NCBI RefSeq assembly: GCF_964213995.1 | Contig: NC_135802.1 | Span: 39,618,001 to 39,682,000, forward strand | Direction: 5' to 3' | Length of the DNA: 64,000 nt | DNA from: Mustelus asterias | Taxonomy: Eukaryota | Notes under the pieces: model-generated | The model's database searches: none | Told to the model about the DNA's origin: nothing | The model's input: the letters and a program-made list of their open reading frames with translations, nothing else | Made by a program: the position numbers and the translations under genes | In this document: positions 39,495 through 51,846 of the stretch, piece after piece | Layout: each line of letters opens with the position of its first letter | Numbering within the stretch: position 1 is the stretch's first letter

Positions 39495-40500
39495 TTTTAC
39501 ATAGGATATACGGTACAGAAATGGGCTATTTATTCAGTGCCAGCATTTATACTCTACGCGCATCTCCATCCATCTTTTCTCATCTAAATCTATCATTGGA
39601 ACCCTCTATTCCATTCACATAAATTGATTGGTCTATGATTCCTGGACAAGTTCTGTCCATTTCTTAAATGTAGGAATTACATTCTTAGGCACTACACCTT
39701 TTTCTAATGAAGTACTAAGTATGTGTCGTAATGCCTCTGCTATCTCTTCCCTAGATCTTTTTAAAATGTGTGGATGCAATCTATCCACACCAGGATCTTT
39801 ATCCTCTTTGAATTTAATTAGTTTATTCAATACATCCTCTTATTGTAAATGTATTTATCTCATCTTTCAATGTTATGTTTTACTGTTCTGCCTCCCTGGT
39901 AAATACCAAAGCAAAATAATTATTTAATACTTCTGCCATTTCTCTTCTATTATCTGTTGTATTATCCTGTCCATTCTTTAATGACCCTATTCCCATCACA
40001 GCTTTTCTTCTTTATTGATATAGCTGTTAAATATTTTACTTTAATGTTTTAATTTGCTTGATAATTTAATTTCATAGTTCTTCTTTGCTTTCTTAATTGC
40101 TTATTTTACTTCTCTCCTAATCTCTTATCATACACTCTGTTGCAGTATATGTACTTAACGTATGCCTCTTTCCTAAGCCTTAATTTTTCCAATTCTTTAT
40201 TCATCTGTTTGTTTTGTTCTCTCCTCTTCACAGGATATATTTTTCTTGCACTCTGTTGAACACCATTTGAAATGTGTTATTCTGCATCATGGTTTGCCAA
40301 TATTATTGCCCATGTTATTTTCGAGAGTTTAATTCTCAGCCCTCAACCAGTTTTTCTCCAACCTATTAACCTGTTTTTGGCATACTTATGTCCTTTGCTA
40401 TCATCATCTTAAAGTGCATTATATCATGGTTACTCTTGCCTTGATGTTCTCCTATTTCTACTTATCTGCTCTGATTTATTCCACATTTTTAGATCCAATA
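39495..40500 (-). mobile_element. Old, heavily decayed CR1 fragment
   Basis: ORF 39633..39830 reads KEDKDPGVDRLHPHILK...EIAEAL...NVIPTFKK. Confidence 0.6.
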
Positions 40501-41173
40501 ACGAATCCAATAACATGCTTCTATTTTTTATCCATTTACGGAAAATGAGCATCGCTGGCTAGGCCAGCATTTATTGCACCCCTAGGTGCCCTTCAAAGGT
40601 TGGTGATGAGCTGCCTTCTTGAACAACTGCAGTCCATGAGGTGTAGGTACACCCACAATGCTGTTAGGGAGGGAATTCCAGGATTTTGATCCAGCGACAG
40701 GGATATATTTCCAAGTCAGGATAGTGAATGACTTGGAGGGGAACTTTCAGATGCTGGTGATCACAGGTCTCTGCTGCTCTTGTCCTTCCAGATGGTGATG
40801 GTCATGGAGAGGAAGGGTGTGAGGGGAGAGAAAGAATGGGGGATAAGAAAGTGTGAGGAGGAACGAGGAGTGTGTGGGCAGGAAGAAGGGGACAGAGTAT
40901 TTGAGAGGGGAGAGGCAGAGTGTTTTGGGGGCGGTGGAGAGAGACGGTGGAGGTGGAAATTTTCCCATCCCGCCTGTCACAGAAATCGTAGCATTGTGTT
41001 TTGCAGGGGAAAGAGGGATACAATGTTTTTGGGGGGGGAGAGGGAGATGTTTCTTGGGGGGGGGGGGGGGCACAGGAAGACAGTGTCGGAGGGGGAAGAG
41101 GGTTGAGATTGTTGGCAAATATGCTGAATGGACTGCAGAGCCAATTTATACCATATGTTAGTTGCATCTTTCA

Positions 41174-44100
41174 GGGGGGTGCACCTGAACCAGAGGGGCA
41201 CCAATATCCTAGGAGGGAAATTTGTTACGGCTCTTCAGGGGGCTTTAAACTAATTTGTCAGGGGAGTGGGAAAAGGAGTTGTAGTCCAGAAGTCGGTGAG
41301 GGTGGTGAGGTATTGGGGAAGGTATCAAGGTCAAGGGTGGGTACCGGTAGACAGGAAGGTGGGTTGAAGTGTGTCTACTTCAATGCAAGGAGCATCCGGA
41401 ACAAGGTAGATGAACTTGGGGCGTGGATTGGTACTTGGGACTACGATGTTGTGGCCATTACGGAGACGTGGGTAGAACAAGGACAGGAATGGTTGTTGGA
41501 CGTTCCGGGGTATAGATGTTTCACTCAGTGTGGGGAAGCTGGTAAAAGAGGTGGAGGAGTGGCATTGTTAATCAAGGATAGTTTAACGGCTGCGGAAAGG
41601 CACTTCGAGGGGGATCTGCACACTGAGGTAATATGGGCTGAGGTTAGAAATAGGAAAGGAGCGGTCACGTTGTTAGGAGTTTACTATAGGCCCCCAAATA
41701 GTAATAGAGATGTGGAGGAAGAAATTGCTAAGCAGATTATGGATATGTGTGGGGGTCACAGGGTAGTTGTCATGGGGAACTTTAACTTTCCAAATATTGA
41801 TTGGAACTTTTGTAGGTCAAATAGTTCGAATGGGGCAGTTTTTGTGCAGTGTGTGCAGGAGGGTTTCCTGACACAATATGTGGATAGGCCGACAAGAGGT
41901 GAGGCCACATTGGATTTGATACTGGGAAATGAACCGGGCCAAGTGTTAGATTTGGTTGTGGGAGAGCACTTTGGAGATAGTGACCACAATTCGGTGTCTT
42001 TTGTTATTGCAATGGAGAGGGATAGGGCCGTACGGCAGGGCAAGGTTTACAATTGGGAGAGAGGTAATTATGATGCGATTAGGCAAGAATTAGGGGGCAT
42101 AAGTTGGGAACAGAAACTGTCAAAGAAAGGAACTAATGAAAAGTGGAACTTTTTCAAGGAACAAATACTGGATGTCCTTGATAGGTATGTCCCTGTAAGG
42201 CAGGGAGGAAATGGCCGAGTGAGGGAACCATGGTTCATGAAAGAGGTGGAATGTCTTGTGAAAAGGAAGAGGGAAGCTTATGTAGGGATGAGGAAACAAG
42301 GTTCAGATGGCTCGATTGGGGGTTACAAGTTAGCAAGGAATGAGCTGAAAAAGGGGCTTAGGAGAGCTAGGAGGGGACATGAGAAGTCCTTGGCGGGTCG
42401 GATCAAGGAAAACCCCAAGGCTACTCTTATGTGAGGAATAAAAGAATGACCAGGGTGAGGTTAGGGCCGGTCAAGGACAGTAGTGGGAACTTGTGTATGG
42501 AGTCAGTAGAGATAGGCGAGGTGATGAATGAATACTTTTCTTCAGTGTTCACCAAGGAGAGGGGCCATGTTTTTGAGGAAGAGAAGGTGTTACAGGCTAA
42601 TAGGCTGGAGGAAATAGATGTTCGGAGGGAGGATGTCCTGGCAGTTTTGAATAAACTGAAGGTCGATAAGTCCCCTGGGCCTGATGAAATGTATCCTAGG
42701 ATTCTTTGGGAGGCAAGGGATGAGATTGCAGAGCCTTTGGCTTTGATCTTTGGGTCTTCGCTGTCCACGGGGATGGTGCCAGAGGACTGGAGAATGGCGA
42801 ATGTTGTTCCTCTGTTTAAGAAAGGGAATAGAAATGACCCTGGTAATTATAGACCGGTTAGTTTTACTTCGGTGGTTGGTAAATTGATGGAAAAGGTCCT
42901 TAGAGATGGGATTTGCGACCATTTAGAAAGATGCGGATTAATCCGGGATAGTCAGCACGGATTCGTGAAGGGCAAGTCGTGCCTCACAAATTTGATAGAA
43001 TTTTTTGAGGAGGTAACTAAGTGTGTTGATGAAGGTAGGGCAGTTGATATCATATACATGGACTTTAGTAAGGTGTTTGATAAGGTCCCCCATGGTCGGC
43101 TTATGATGAAAGTGAGGAGGTGTGGGATAGAGGGAAAGTTGGCCGATTGGATAGGTAACTGGCTGTCTGATCGAAGACAGAGGGTGGTGGTGGATGGAAA
43201 ATTTTCGGATTGGAGGCAGGTTGCTAGCGGAGTGCCGCAGGGATCAGTGCTTGGTCCTCTGCTCTTTGTGATTTTTATTAATGACTTAGAGGAGGGGGCT
43301 GAAGGGTGGATCAGTAAATTTGCTGATGACACCAAGATTGGTGGAGTAGTGGATGAGGTGGAGGGCTGTTGTAGGCTGCAAAGAGACATTGATAGGATGC
43401 AAAGCTGGGCTGAAAAATGGCAAATGGAGTTTAAACCTGATAAATGTGAGGTGATTCATTTTGGTAGGACTAATTTAAATGTGGATTACAGGGTCAAAGG
43501 TAGGGTTCTGACGACTGTGGAGGAACAGAGAGATCTTGGGGTTCATATCCACAGATCTCTAAAGCTTGCCAGTCAAGTGGATAGAGCTATGAAGAAGGCC
43601 TATAGTGTGTTACCTTTTAGGGGGTTGGAGTTTAAGAGCCGTGGGATTATGCTGCAACTGTACAGGACCTTGGTGAGACCACATTTGGAATATTGTGTGC
43701 AGTTCTGGTCACCTCACTATAAGAAGGATGTGGAAGCGCTGGAAAGAGTGCAGAGGAGATTTACCAGGAAGCTGCCTGATTTGGAGGGTAGGTCTTATGA
43801 GGAAAGGTTGAGGGAGCTAGGGCTGTTCTCTCTGGAGCGGAGGAGGCTGAGGGGAGACTTAATAGAGGTTTATAAAATGATGAAGGGGATAGAGTGAACG
43901 TTCAAAGACTATTTCCTCGGGTGGATGGAGCTATTACAAGGGGGCATAACTATAGGGTTCGTGGTGGGAGATACAGGAAGGATATCAGAGGTAGGTTCTT
44001 TACGCAGAGAGTGGTTGGGGTGTGGAATGGACTGCCTGCAGTGATAGTGGAGTCAAACACTTTAGGAACATTTAAGCGGTTATTGGATAGGCACATGGAG

Positions 44101-44201
44101 CACACCAGGATGATAGGGAGTGGGATAGCTTGATCTTGGTTTCAGATAAAGCTCGGCACAACATCATGGGCCGAAGGGCCTGTTCTGTGCTGTACTGTTC
44201 T
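41174..44201 (+). mobile_element. Young CR1: end of ORF1 (esterase-like HLN..GTNIL) plus almost intact ORF2; 8-bp TSD ATCTTTCA
   Basis: ORFs 41001..42434 (APE), 42431..43897 (RT) and 43894..44133, with two frameshifts. TSD at 41166-41173 and 44202-44209. Confidence 0.94.
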
Positions 44202-44209
44202 ATCTTTCA

Positions 44210-44483
44210 TTTCATGTATGTGTAGTTAATAATTGAAGCAATTTTCCTGTTAACGTGTGTTTATAATGTTGATTATAGATGTAGAATATAGGTGGCTAGC
44301 CAAGATAGTGTTTGCTTTGTTTGACTCTTGTATATTAAAATTTATTTTGTTTTAAACTGTCGAATTTTTGTGGCTTCATTCTTTCAGTAAATAACTGGGA
44401 TTTCGAATTTCTTTCTTTTGAAAAGAAGGTACTGGTCTCAACTGAGATCATAACATTGGGGGAGCTCTGTAGGATTTTGAATC
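44210..44483 (+). mobile_element. Probable LTR 3' end (…gatcataaca) followed by a degenerate tRNA-Pro-like primer-binding site
   Basis: The segment ends in CA at ~44455, then tgggggagctctgtaggattttgaatc resembles TGGGGGCTCGTCCGGGATTTGAACCC. The same gatcataaca end is at ~51140 and, inverted, at 53542. Confidence 0.4.
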
Positions 44484-44733
44484 ATGATGTGGAAATGCCG
44501 GCGTTGGACTGGGGTAAACACAGTAAGGAGTCTAACAACACCAGGTTCAGGTCCAACAGGTTTATTTGGTAGCAAACGCCACTAGCTTTCGGAGCGCTGC
44601 TCCTTCGTCAGATGGAGTGGAAATCTGCAGATTTCCACTCCATCTGACGAAGGAGCAGCGCTCCGAAAGCTTGTGGTGTTTGCTACCAAATAAACCTGTT
44701 GGACTTGAACCTGGTGTTGTTAGACGCCTTACT
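44484..44733. mobile_element. Penelope-like fold-back insertion #3 (250 bp, no spacer), 12-bp TSD GGATTTTGAATC
   Basis: 38-nt tail 44484-44521, centre aaatctg|cagattt, end CTTACT. TSD at 44472-44483 and 44734-44745. Confidence 0.93.
44640..44676 (+). ncRNA. Minimal hammerhead ribozyme (B-type); mirror copy at 44579-44615 (-)
   Basis: CCAU-CUGACGA-A-GGAGC/AGC/GCUCC-GAAAGCUU-GUGG. Confidence 0.75.
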
Positions 44734-46108
44734 GGATTTTGAATCCACAGGTGGATATGGATCCTGGGATTTTCTAAATTTGTTTAGACTGACTGGATTT
44801 TCCAATGAGTTTCATTAACTGCTTGAATCCTGTGTATGGTTCATCCCTGATCCCTTTTGGATTATTGCCCATTAAGTGTACACAATTATGGAAATAAGTT
44901 AGTTATACCTGATATACACTCAATGGTTTAATCCCAACGCTTTACATAACATAACAATATGTAATTCTCATATCTCAATTAGTAATATGAGTAATAGATG
45001 TTTTTAAACGTGAAATCTCGTACAACTACACATGTTCAATTGAAAAGTAAAGCAGAACATGCAAAACAAATGCAACCTTGATGACAATGAAAATAAAAGA
45101 GAGAATAATACAGGAAAATTAGGTTTATCACACATCAGGAACAAAATTTGATTAGTAACCAGAAAGATTATGGATATTGTACAGGGGAATTGAAACAGTT
45201 AACATTGGAGGCAAAGAGAGATTGCGAGAAAAATTTAGCAGGCAGCATTAAATTTAATCTTAAGACATTTTATAAACGTAGAATGTGGAAGTTATTTGCC
45301 AGGGAAAAGGTTGGGCTTATTAAGGCTCCTCTTTTGTTAGTAAGATGTGGTCAGTGATAGCTAATTACCATTTCTACTTGGGGAAAATGGGCTAAATGTT
45401 ATCCATAGCCTTGGAGAAGGGGATAGGTGAAGCAATTTTGGGAATCAAATTACAAGATTTCCTACAAACTCAGCATTATCAAAGATAGAGACAGCTTGGA
45501 TCTTGTGTAGTTTGCAGCTCACTGAGAATCAAGGGAGCAAAATAGATAAATGTTAACGAGGCCTGTATCTTAGGTAGAGCAAATACTAACTACATTGTTA
45601 CAGAATGTGGGTGGGAGCTCACACTCAATTTACAGACAGGGTTTATGAGTGAAAAAGAGGCTGGAAGATTAACCTAGCTTGGAGCGAGAGGAAGAAGTCT
45701 ACAGTGGCTGCACTGTGAAAGATAATTAGCCTGGGAGCAGACAGAAAGAAAGTTGTTGTAGACATTGGCCAGAAGATTTTGGGTTGTGTGTAAGCTCCAA
45801 GTTCAGAAGACAGAGGAAAATAATTTTCCAAGATCTGTGGAACAGGAGAATCAGGAGAATAGAGCTATTAGAAAGCAGGGCTCTTTCAAAGAGCCAGCAC
45901 AGGCATGATGGGCCAAATGTCCTCTTTTTGTGCTCTAAGTTTCTATGATTCTACTTATTCAGCAAAAATTAACACATGAAGGAATGGACCGAGGATGGAA
46001 AAGGGAAGGAAAACATTTTTATTTCACTCAAGATCAGATTTTGATGGATCTTCGCATTTCAGTGAATAATCTTTAGTTAAGTATTCAATTTCTGCCATTT
46101 CTTTGCAG

Positions 46109-46288
46109 GAAGAAGATCTTCAAGAAATGGTCAAATCTGGAGAGCTAATTGAAGCCCAGTGTTCACATCTCTTTGACAAAATTCTGGTGAATGATGACCT
46201 TTCAGTTGCCTACAAAGAGCTGAAAACTACCTTGGATAATCTGGAGAAAAATCCTTTTTGGATTCCGGTCAATTGGCTACATTCATAA
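46109..46288 (+). CDS. MPP7: MPP7-like terminal coding exon ([10 protein letters not shown]...[10 protein letters not shown])
   Basis: ctttgcag acceptor. The C-terminus W.PV.WLHS* is typical of MPP7, and TAA is at 46286-46288. Confidence 0.92.
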   Translation, partial: EEDLQEMVKSGELIEAQCSHLFDKILVNDDLSVAYKELKTTLDNLEKNPFWIPVNWLHS

Positions 46289-46503
46289 AACCACAAAAGG
46301 GAAAAATAATAATACTGCAACTGGACGTTGTTTGGAAGCCTGGTAATCTTGGTCATTCCCAGAACGGATGGTGCTTTGAAGTAAAACATTGCCACTTTTT
46401 TTTTGCACTTTTAATGTCCAATAGCAAACCATGTTACTTTTGCTAATTGCAAGCTTTCATCTACCTGAAATGAGCAGTGCTAAAATATTTTCACTACTTG
46501 GGG

Positions 46504-46752
46504 AATAAATGTAGACACTTTCTGGTTTTACTACTGATTGTGACCTTATGAGGTGACAGGGATTTTATTTTTTAAAACACTGAAATATGAGTGTATTTTA
46601 GTAAATTGTAGGTGGTATTTGTTTCAAGTGAAAACTATATGGTATAGGTTGCTGATGAAGAAAATGTGATGTATCTAAACAGGATGCATTGGTGGTTCTG
46701 TCTTAGCATGTCATCAGAACCAGAGGAATTCATGTGTGTCTTGTACAATAAA
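46504..46752 (+). promoter_or_regulatory. Candidate polyadenylation signals of the MPP7-like 3' UTR (AATAAA at 46504 and 46747)
   Basis: AATAAA hexamers in AT-rich, repeat-free sequence after the stop. Their use is not shown by the sequence. Confidence 0.35.
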
Positions 46753-47561
46753 AGGAAATCTAGTGAAATATTATATAAGAGAATTATTTGGAAAAATGGT
46801 GTTTTGCCATGTTGATAATGTGGTTCATAAGCGTATTTTAAAAGGTGTTGGTTATTAATGCCTGTAAGAAACTTGGTATTAAATCACGCTCAACATTCCA
46901 TGTAAATTTACCTCACTAATTTGTGCTGATAATGCCACCAGTAAGTAGGTGCATTGTAATTATATTTTGCTAGGTGAGTTGCACATGGTTTATAAATTAG
47001 AGTTTTATTATATGTCAAGAATCTCATGGATAAAATAGTTATACTTCATTGCATCTTCTAATTTTAATTAAATTTTCCAAGGTATCCCAGATTATTAAAT
47101 TACCAAACTTAATTTCTTTGTGGTGATTTTAGTGAAGTGAATGGTTATCTTTATGATATGCCAAGCAGCTCTATGAAAATGTTACTCAGTTGTAATGTGC
47201 AATTTTAAGTGAATTTGATGTATTGCAATATCTACAAAATTAAAATCTTGACTTGTATCTTTATCAGAAAATTTAAATCCATCTGTCTTTTATGCTTTCA
47301 GTCACTTTAAGACATCCGTGACAGGGCTTCCCCAAGGTTTACCCGTGCCATCCTTGACGTTATGCTGGAGGCTATGCAAAGTGGTTGAGGGGTCCTATTC
47401 TGAGGGTGGAAGGTGAAGGCCATCCAACAACAACTTAGACTTATATAGCACCCTTAACATAATAAAACATCGCAATGCACATCGCAAGAACGTTACAAAA
47501 TAAAGTATAACACCAAGCCACTAGTTATTAGATCAGCAGGTGATAACTCGATTGAAGAAAT

Positions 47562-47894
47562 ATCATAGAATCATAGAATCCATACAGTGCAGAAGGAGGC
47601 CATTTGGCCCATCGACCCTGCACTGGCACCAATCCCTATCCAGGCCCTATCCTTGTAACCCCATGTATTTAATCTGCTAATCCCCTGACACTGAGGGATA
47701 ATTTAGCACAGCCAATTACCCTAACCTGCATATCTTTGGACTGTGGGAGGAAACCGAAGCCGCCGAAGGAAACCCACGCAGACACGAGGAAAATGTGCAA
47801 ACTCCACACAGACAGCGACCCAAGGCCAGAATTGAACCCGGATCCCTGGCTCTGTGAGGCAGCAGTGCTAACCTCTGTGCCACCATGCCGCCCC
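47562..47894 (-). mobile_element. tRNA-derived V-SINE
   Basis: Reverse complement of the 8666-type SINE, with a (tcatagaa)n tail. Confidence 0.88.
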
Positions 47895-48529
47895 TAAAGT
47901 AGGTTTTAAGTAGTGTCTGCGAAAGGTGAGGTATGGAGAGAATATTCTGAGCTGAAGACCTAGACAACTGAAGGTACATCCATCAATGAGCGATTCAAAT
48001 CGGGATGCACAAGAGACCAGAATTAGATACCTAGGGAGACTTGTGAGACTGCAGGAGATTACAGAGATAGGGAGAGGCAAGATCATGGAGAGATTGGGAC
48101 ATATTTTATGTGAGCCAACATCTATGTCATCAGTGCTAAAGAAGGATGTACATTTAAATAATGCCTTTTGTGATGTCAGGACATCTCAACATGCTTGACA
48201 ATAAATGAAATATTTTTGAAACATGGTCATTGTTTTTAAATATAAAACATGACAGTCAATTTAGTGACTGGCTTCAGTGATGTTGGTTGTAGAACAAGTA
48301 TCGGCCAAAGAGAACTGCCTACTCTTCAAAATAGTGCCATGGGTTTGTTTACATTTTTTTTGTTTGTCCTTTCATGGGATTTGAGTGTCAACAGCAAGGC
48401 CAGAATTTGTGGCCCAATCCTAATTGCCCTTTAAACTGAGTGGTTTGCTTTGGCCATTTCAGATTGTGGGAAATAGATAAAGTTTAATTAATTTATATTT
48501 GTTTTTGTGGGTATTAGAAATAAGGTATA

Positions 48530-49307
48530 GGGCCCTATTTTACCATTTTCATTCTAAGTGCTAGGCAGACTTGAAACTGGGAGTGTTTCAGATCTGACTT
48601 TTCGACCTGTTCTCAGGTACCCCCAAATGCTCTCTGCTGCCAAAATATCAGCAATTCCGAATCGTGCTGCAGAAGCCTGTGGGCAGGGCTTAACGCGCCC
48701 AAAACCTCGCAGCTCCAGTCGGCGCCTCCAACTGAAAAAAAGGATGGAATGCTGCTCCCCTGTCACATCGCTCCCGGGCCCCACAGACATTGCCCCACCA
48801 GTACAACATTACTGACCCCCTTATCCCCCCACCCCCTTCACCACCCAGACCGATCCCAGCCCCCCCCCCCCCCTTCCCCCTCACTGATCACAGGCAGAGT
48901 GGCAGCAGACCCCCCCCCCCCCCCCCCACACACACCGATCCCAAGCAGAGAGCCATCGGACACTCGGCACTCACCTCCACACTAACTGGAGCACCCGAAT
49001 CGAACTTTTGTACAGCATATCTGTTTCCCGCCGAATCTGGATGGACGGACGCAGTGGTAAAGGGGGAAGTGCCGGTAAGGTTGGGCGTGCAAGCCCATTA
49101 AGTCAATTTAAATGCATGCAAAAGCATTTAAATGGCTGTTGCGCCCATTTCAGGCGTGGTCCCAATCGTGGCCATTTTCAGGCCTTGGTGAAGGGGGAGC
49201 CAAGATGGTGCGGAGATGGGCGCAGATCGCGCTAGTTGCCTCACGCCTGACTTTACCAAGTTTTTGCGCCCGAAAACGAGCGCAACTTGATTTGTAAAAT
49301 CAGGCCC
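48530..49307. mobile_element. PIF/Harbinger-like non-autonomous element (778 bp)
   Basis: TIRs gggccctattttac / gtaaaatcaggccc, 3-bp duplication ATA on both sides, GC-rich interior with no coding signal. Confidence 0.65.
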
Positions 49308-51846
49308 ATAGTTTTAAAGTTTAATTGTATTTCTGTAATTGTGAAATTTGTTCCAGTTTTATTTTAAAAGGCACCTGCATTGTACTGAGGTTTTACAACT
49401 CTAGAGCAAACTTGGAGATCAGTGGGCTTTCGCTGCCCCCCCCCCTGTATTTGGCAGGCGGGATTGTTGGAGGGAGCGGAGATCCAGCAGGAGTCCCAAA
49501 ACAGCTTTCATGCCAGTGGGATTTCATTTTCAGTTGTCCGCGACCCTTTGCCAGTGACGTAATGGTGTTCCTGCCACGAAGGATCAGGAACTCCACTGGC
49601 ATATATTACCATATATTAGTATGTCTCCCCGCTATGTCCTCCCTCCCCACGTAACTTCAAGCCGGCAGGGTTTACAAAACGTTTTTGGAAAATGAGGAAT
49701 GGGCAACAGAGCCCACAGATGGCGCACAGGTAAGTACAGGCTAGAAAGGGAGAGGATCATGCATGGACAGTACCCTGGTGGTTCCTGGGCACTGCCTCCA
49801 CTATCAGAGGCCTCTCTGCAGGGGTGAGGGGGGGAGCCTTCTGTTGGGGAGGTTCAGATGGGGGAAACCCCTGGGGCGGGGGGGTGGGGATGGGTGCCTT
49901 CTGTTGGGGAGATTCAGATGGGGGCAATCCCTGGGGGTGGGGGGGGGGGGGGGGGGGGGAGGTTCCAGTGTATCAAGGTGGGGGTTCTGTGGGGTATTTG
50001 TGTTTTTCTTTCTTTAAAGAGCACCGTGATCTGTTGAGCCAACCAGCATGATATTGTGGCACCTGCCCTTTCCATTTTTATGTTTAAAATTACAGCAGGA
50101 AAACCCAGTAAGGCAACTGGCAGGCTACCCTCTACTTTTTCCCTGGAGACAACATGTAGAAAATAAAATCAAAAAATTCCATCCAGGGTATAAAAAAGTT
50201 GTTGCCCAGTTAGAGAGTGGCCACAGGGGAGCAGAAAGCAGTTTGAAGCTGGTTTGTGATTATGCTCTGAGGTGCAGGGGACCATAAGTCTCTCTCCAGC
50301 AGATCATGAAGGGAGGCTGCAGAGAGCAGGCCCCAAACTAAAGAACAGAAATATTCCAGAATCAGGAGAGGGGCAGAAGAAAGTTCCAAGAAAACCTTCT
50401 AGTCAGAGGAAAATAAATTGTTAAGTAAAGAGTAAGGAGCAGAGGCTTCAAGTTAAAAGACAGGGCTGCAACTTGCAGACCTTTGTTAATGCAGTCTTGT
50501 GAGAAGACAGAGATCCAAGGAGACCCAAAGGTTGGTGACTCCTTACTACAGACCTGTAAAGCACAGCTGTGCGTATGAGAGATTGCATGGAAGGTGAGGT
50601 TTGAATGCACATGATGCTCCAGGGCAGAGGAATATAGGAGGGAGAAGCTGAAACCCGGGAGGTGCTTCCTTGATGAAGACCTCCTATAGAAAGCATTGTT
50701 TGGGAGGAGATTCCAAGCTGTGAAAGACAGTTCTAGTGAGATCAGTTGGTTCACAATGTGACAAGTATCTGGGAAGAGTTGATGAGAGATCCACATTTAG
50801 ATGGCGTTTGTCATTTGGTTTCAGAGTGTGGTGTATCTGACCATAGTTTGCCTATTGGTTTTCATGGACTGTATACTTACTGTAAACATGGGTATAAGAT
50901 CGATTTTGTAACTTGTGTTATCATTGCGAATTTGCAAATGTATAGTTGGGTGAAGGCATACTGTATTACAGTTCATCTTTTATTGTTTAATGTTTTATTC
51001 TTTTGTTAAAAGTACACCAGCTAACTCCTGTGACTTTATTCAGTAGCCACCCTGTTGTTAAACAAAACAAAAGTTGGGATCTATCAAACCAGTTCCATCT
51101 TGGGACCTTGTTCAGTAATAACATCAGCTGTGATCATAACATAGAGGGCAATTAAGAATCAGTTACATTGCTGTGGATCTAAAGTCAGGCCAGACCAGGC
51201 AAGGATAGAGATTTACTTCTCTAAAGAACATTAATGAACAAGATGGGTTTTTACAACAATTAACGATACTTTCATGGTCACCGTTACTAAGTTTTCAATT
51301 CCAGATTTATTAATTGAATTTAAATTTCACCATGTCCCCAGAACATGAGCCTGGGTCTCTAGTACTCCAGTGACATTACCACTGCCCGAGCATCTCCCCC
51401 TAAGATAAGGCCTTGGTTTAATATGTCATCCCAATGAAAACACTTCTGATAGAGCAGAACTTCTTTAGTGCTTTATTTAAGTAGATTATTGTGCTCAAGT
51501 TCCTAGAATAGATTTGAAGCCATAACTTTCTGACTCAGATTATAAGGTCCTACGCACTGAGTCATCGCTGACATGAAGGATGGAAGTGAACAGCAAAAGT
51601 TGTTAAAAGAGCCTAGGTTTATCAAGGGAACAGAAAGGGGAGAAAACAGTAATTGATACTCTTAAATAAAGCTGAATTTATCATATCAATTACTAGAATT
51701 CATTAAGTTAAAGTAGAAATACTGCTGCCTTGATATTGACAGGCACTTGGAGAGATTTGAGTTAATTAAAGAGAGCCAGCATGGATTTACAAGTTAATTT
51801 TGTTTGACTAATTTAATTGGATGCAGTGGCTGACGTCTATATGAAT

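Noticed and set aside
41001-41360. Gly-rich N-terminal extension of the 477-aa ORF, suggesting a host-TE fusion protein
   Set aside because: The frame runs through G-rich flanking DNA upstream of the CR1 TSD (41166-41173). There is no splice or start context to support a fusion.
50200-51140. Possible solo LTR ending gatcataaca
   Set aside because: The 5' boundary and TSD could not be identified, so it is not listed as a feature.
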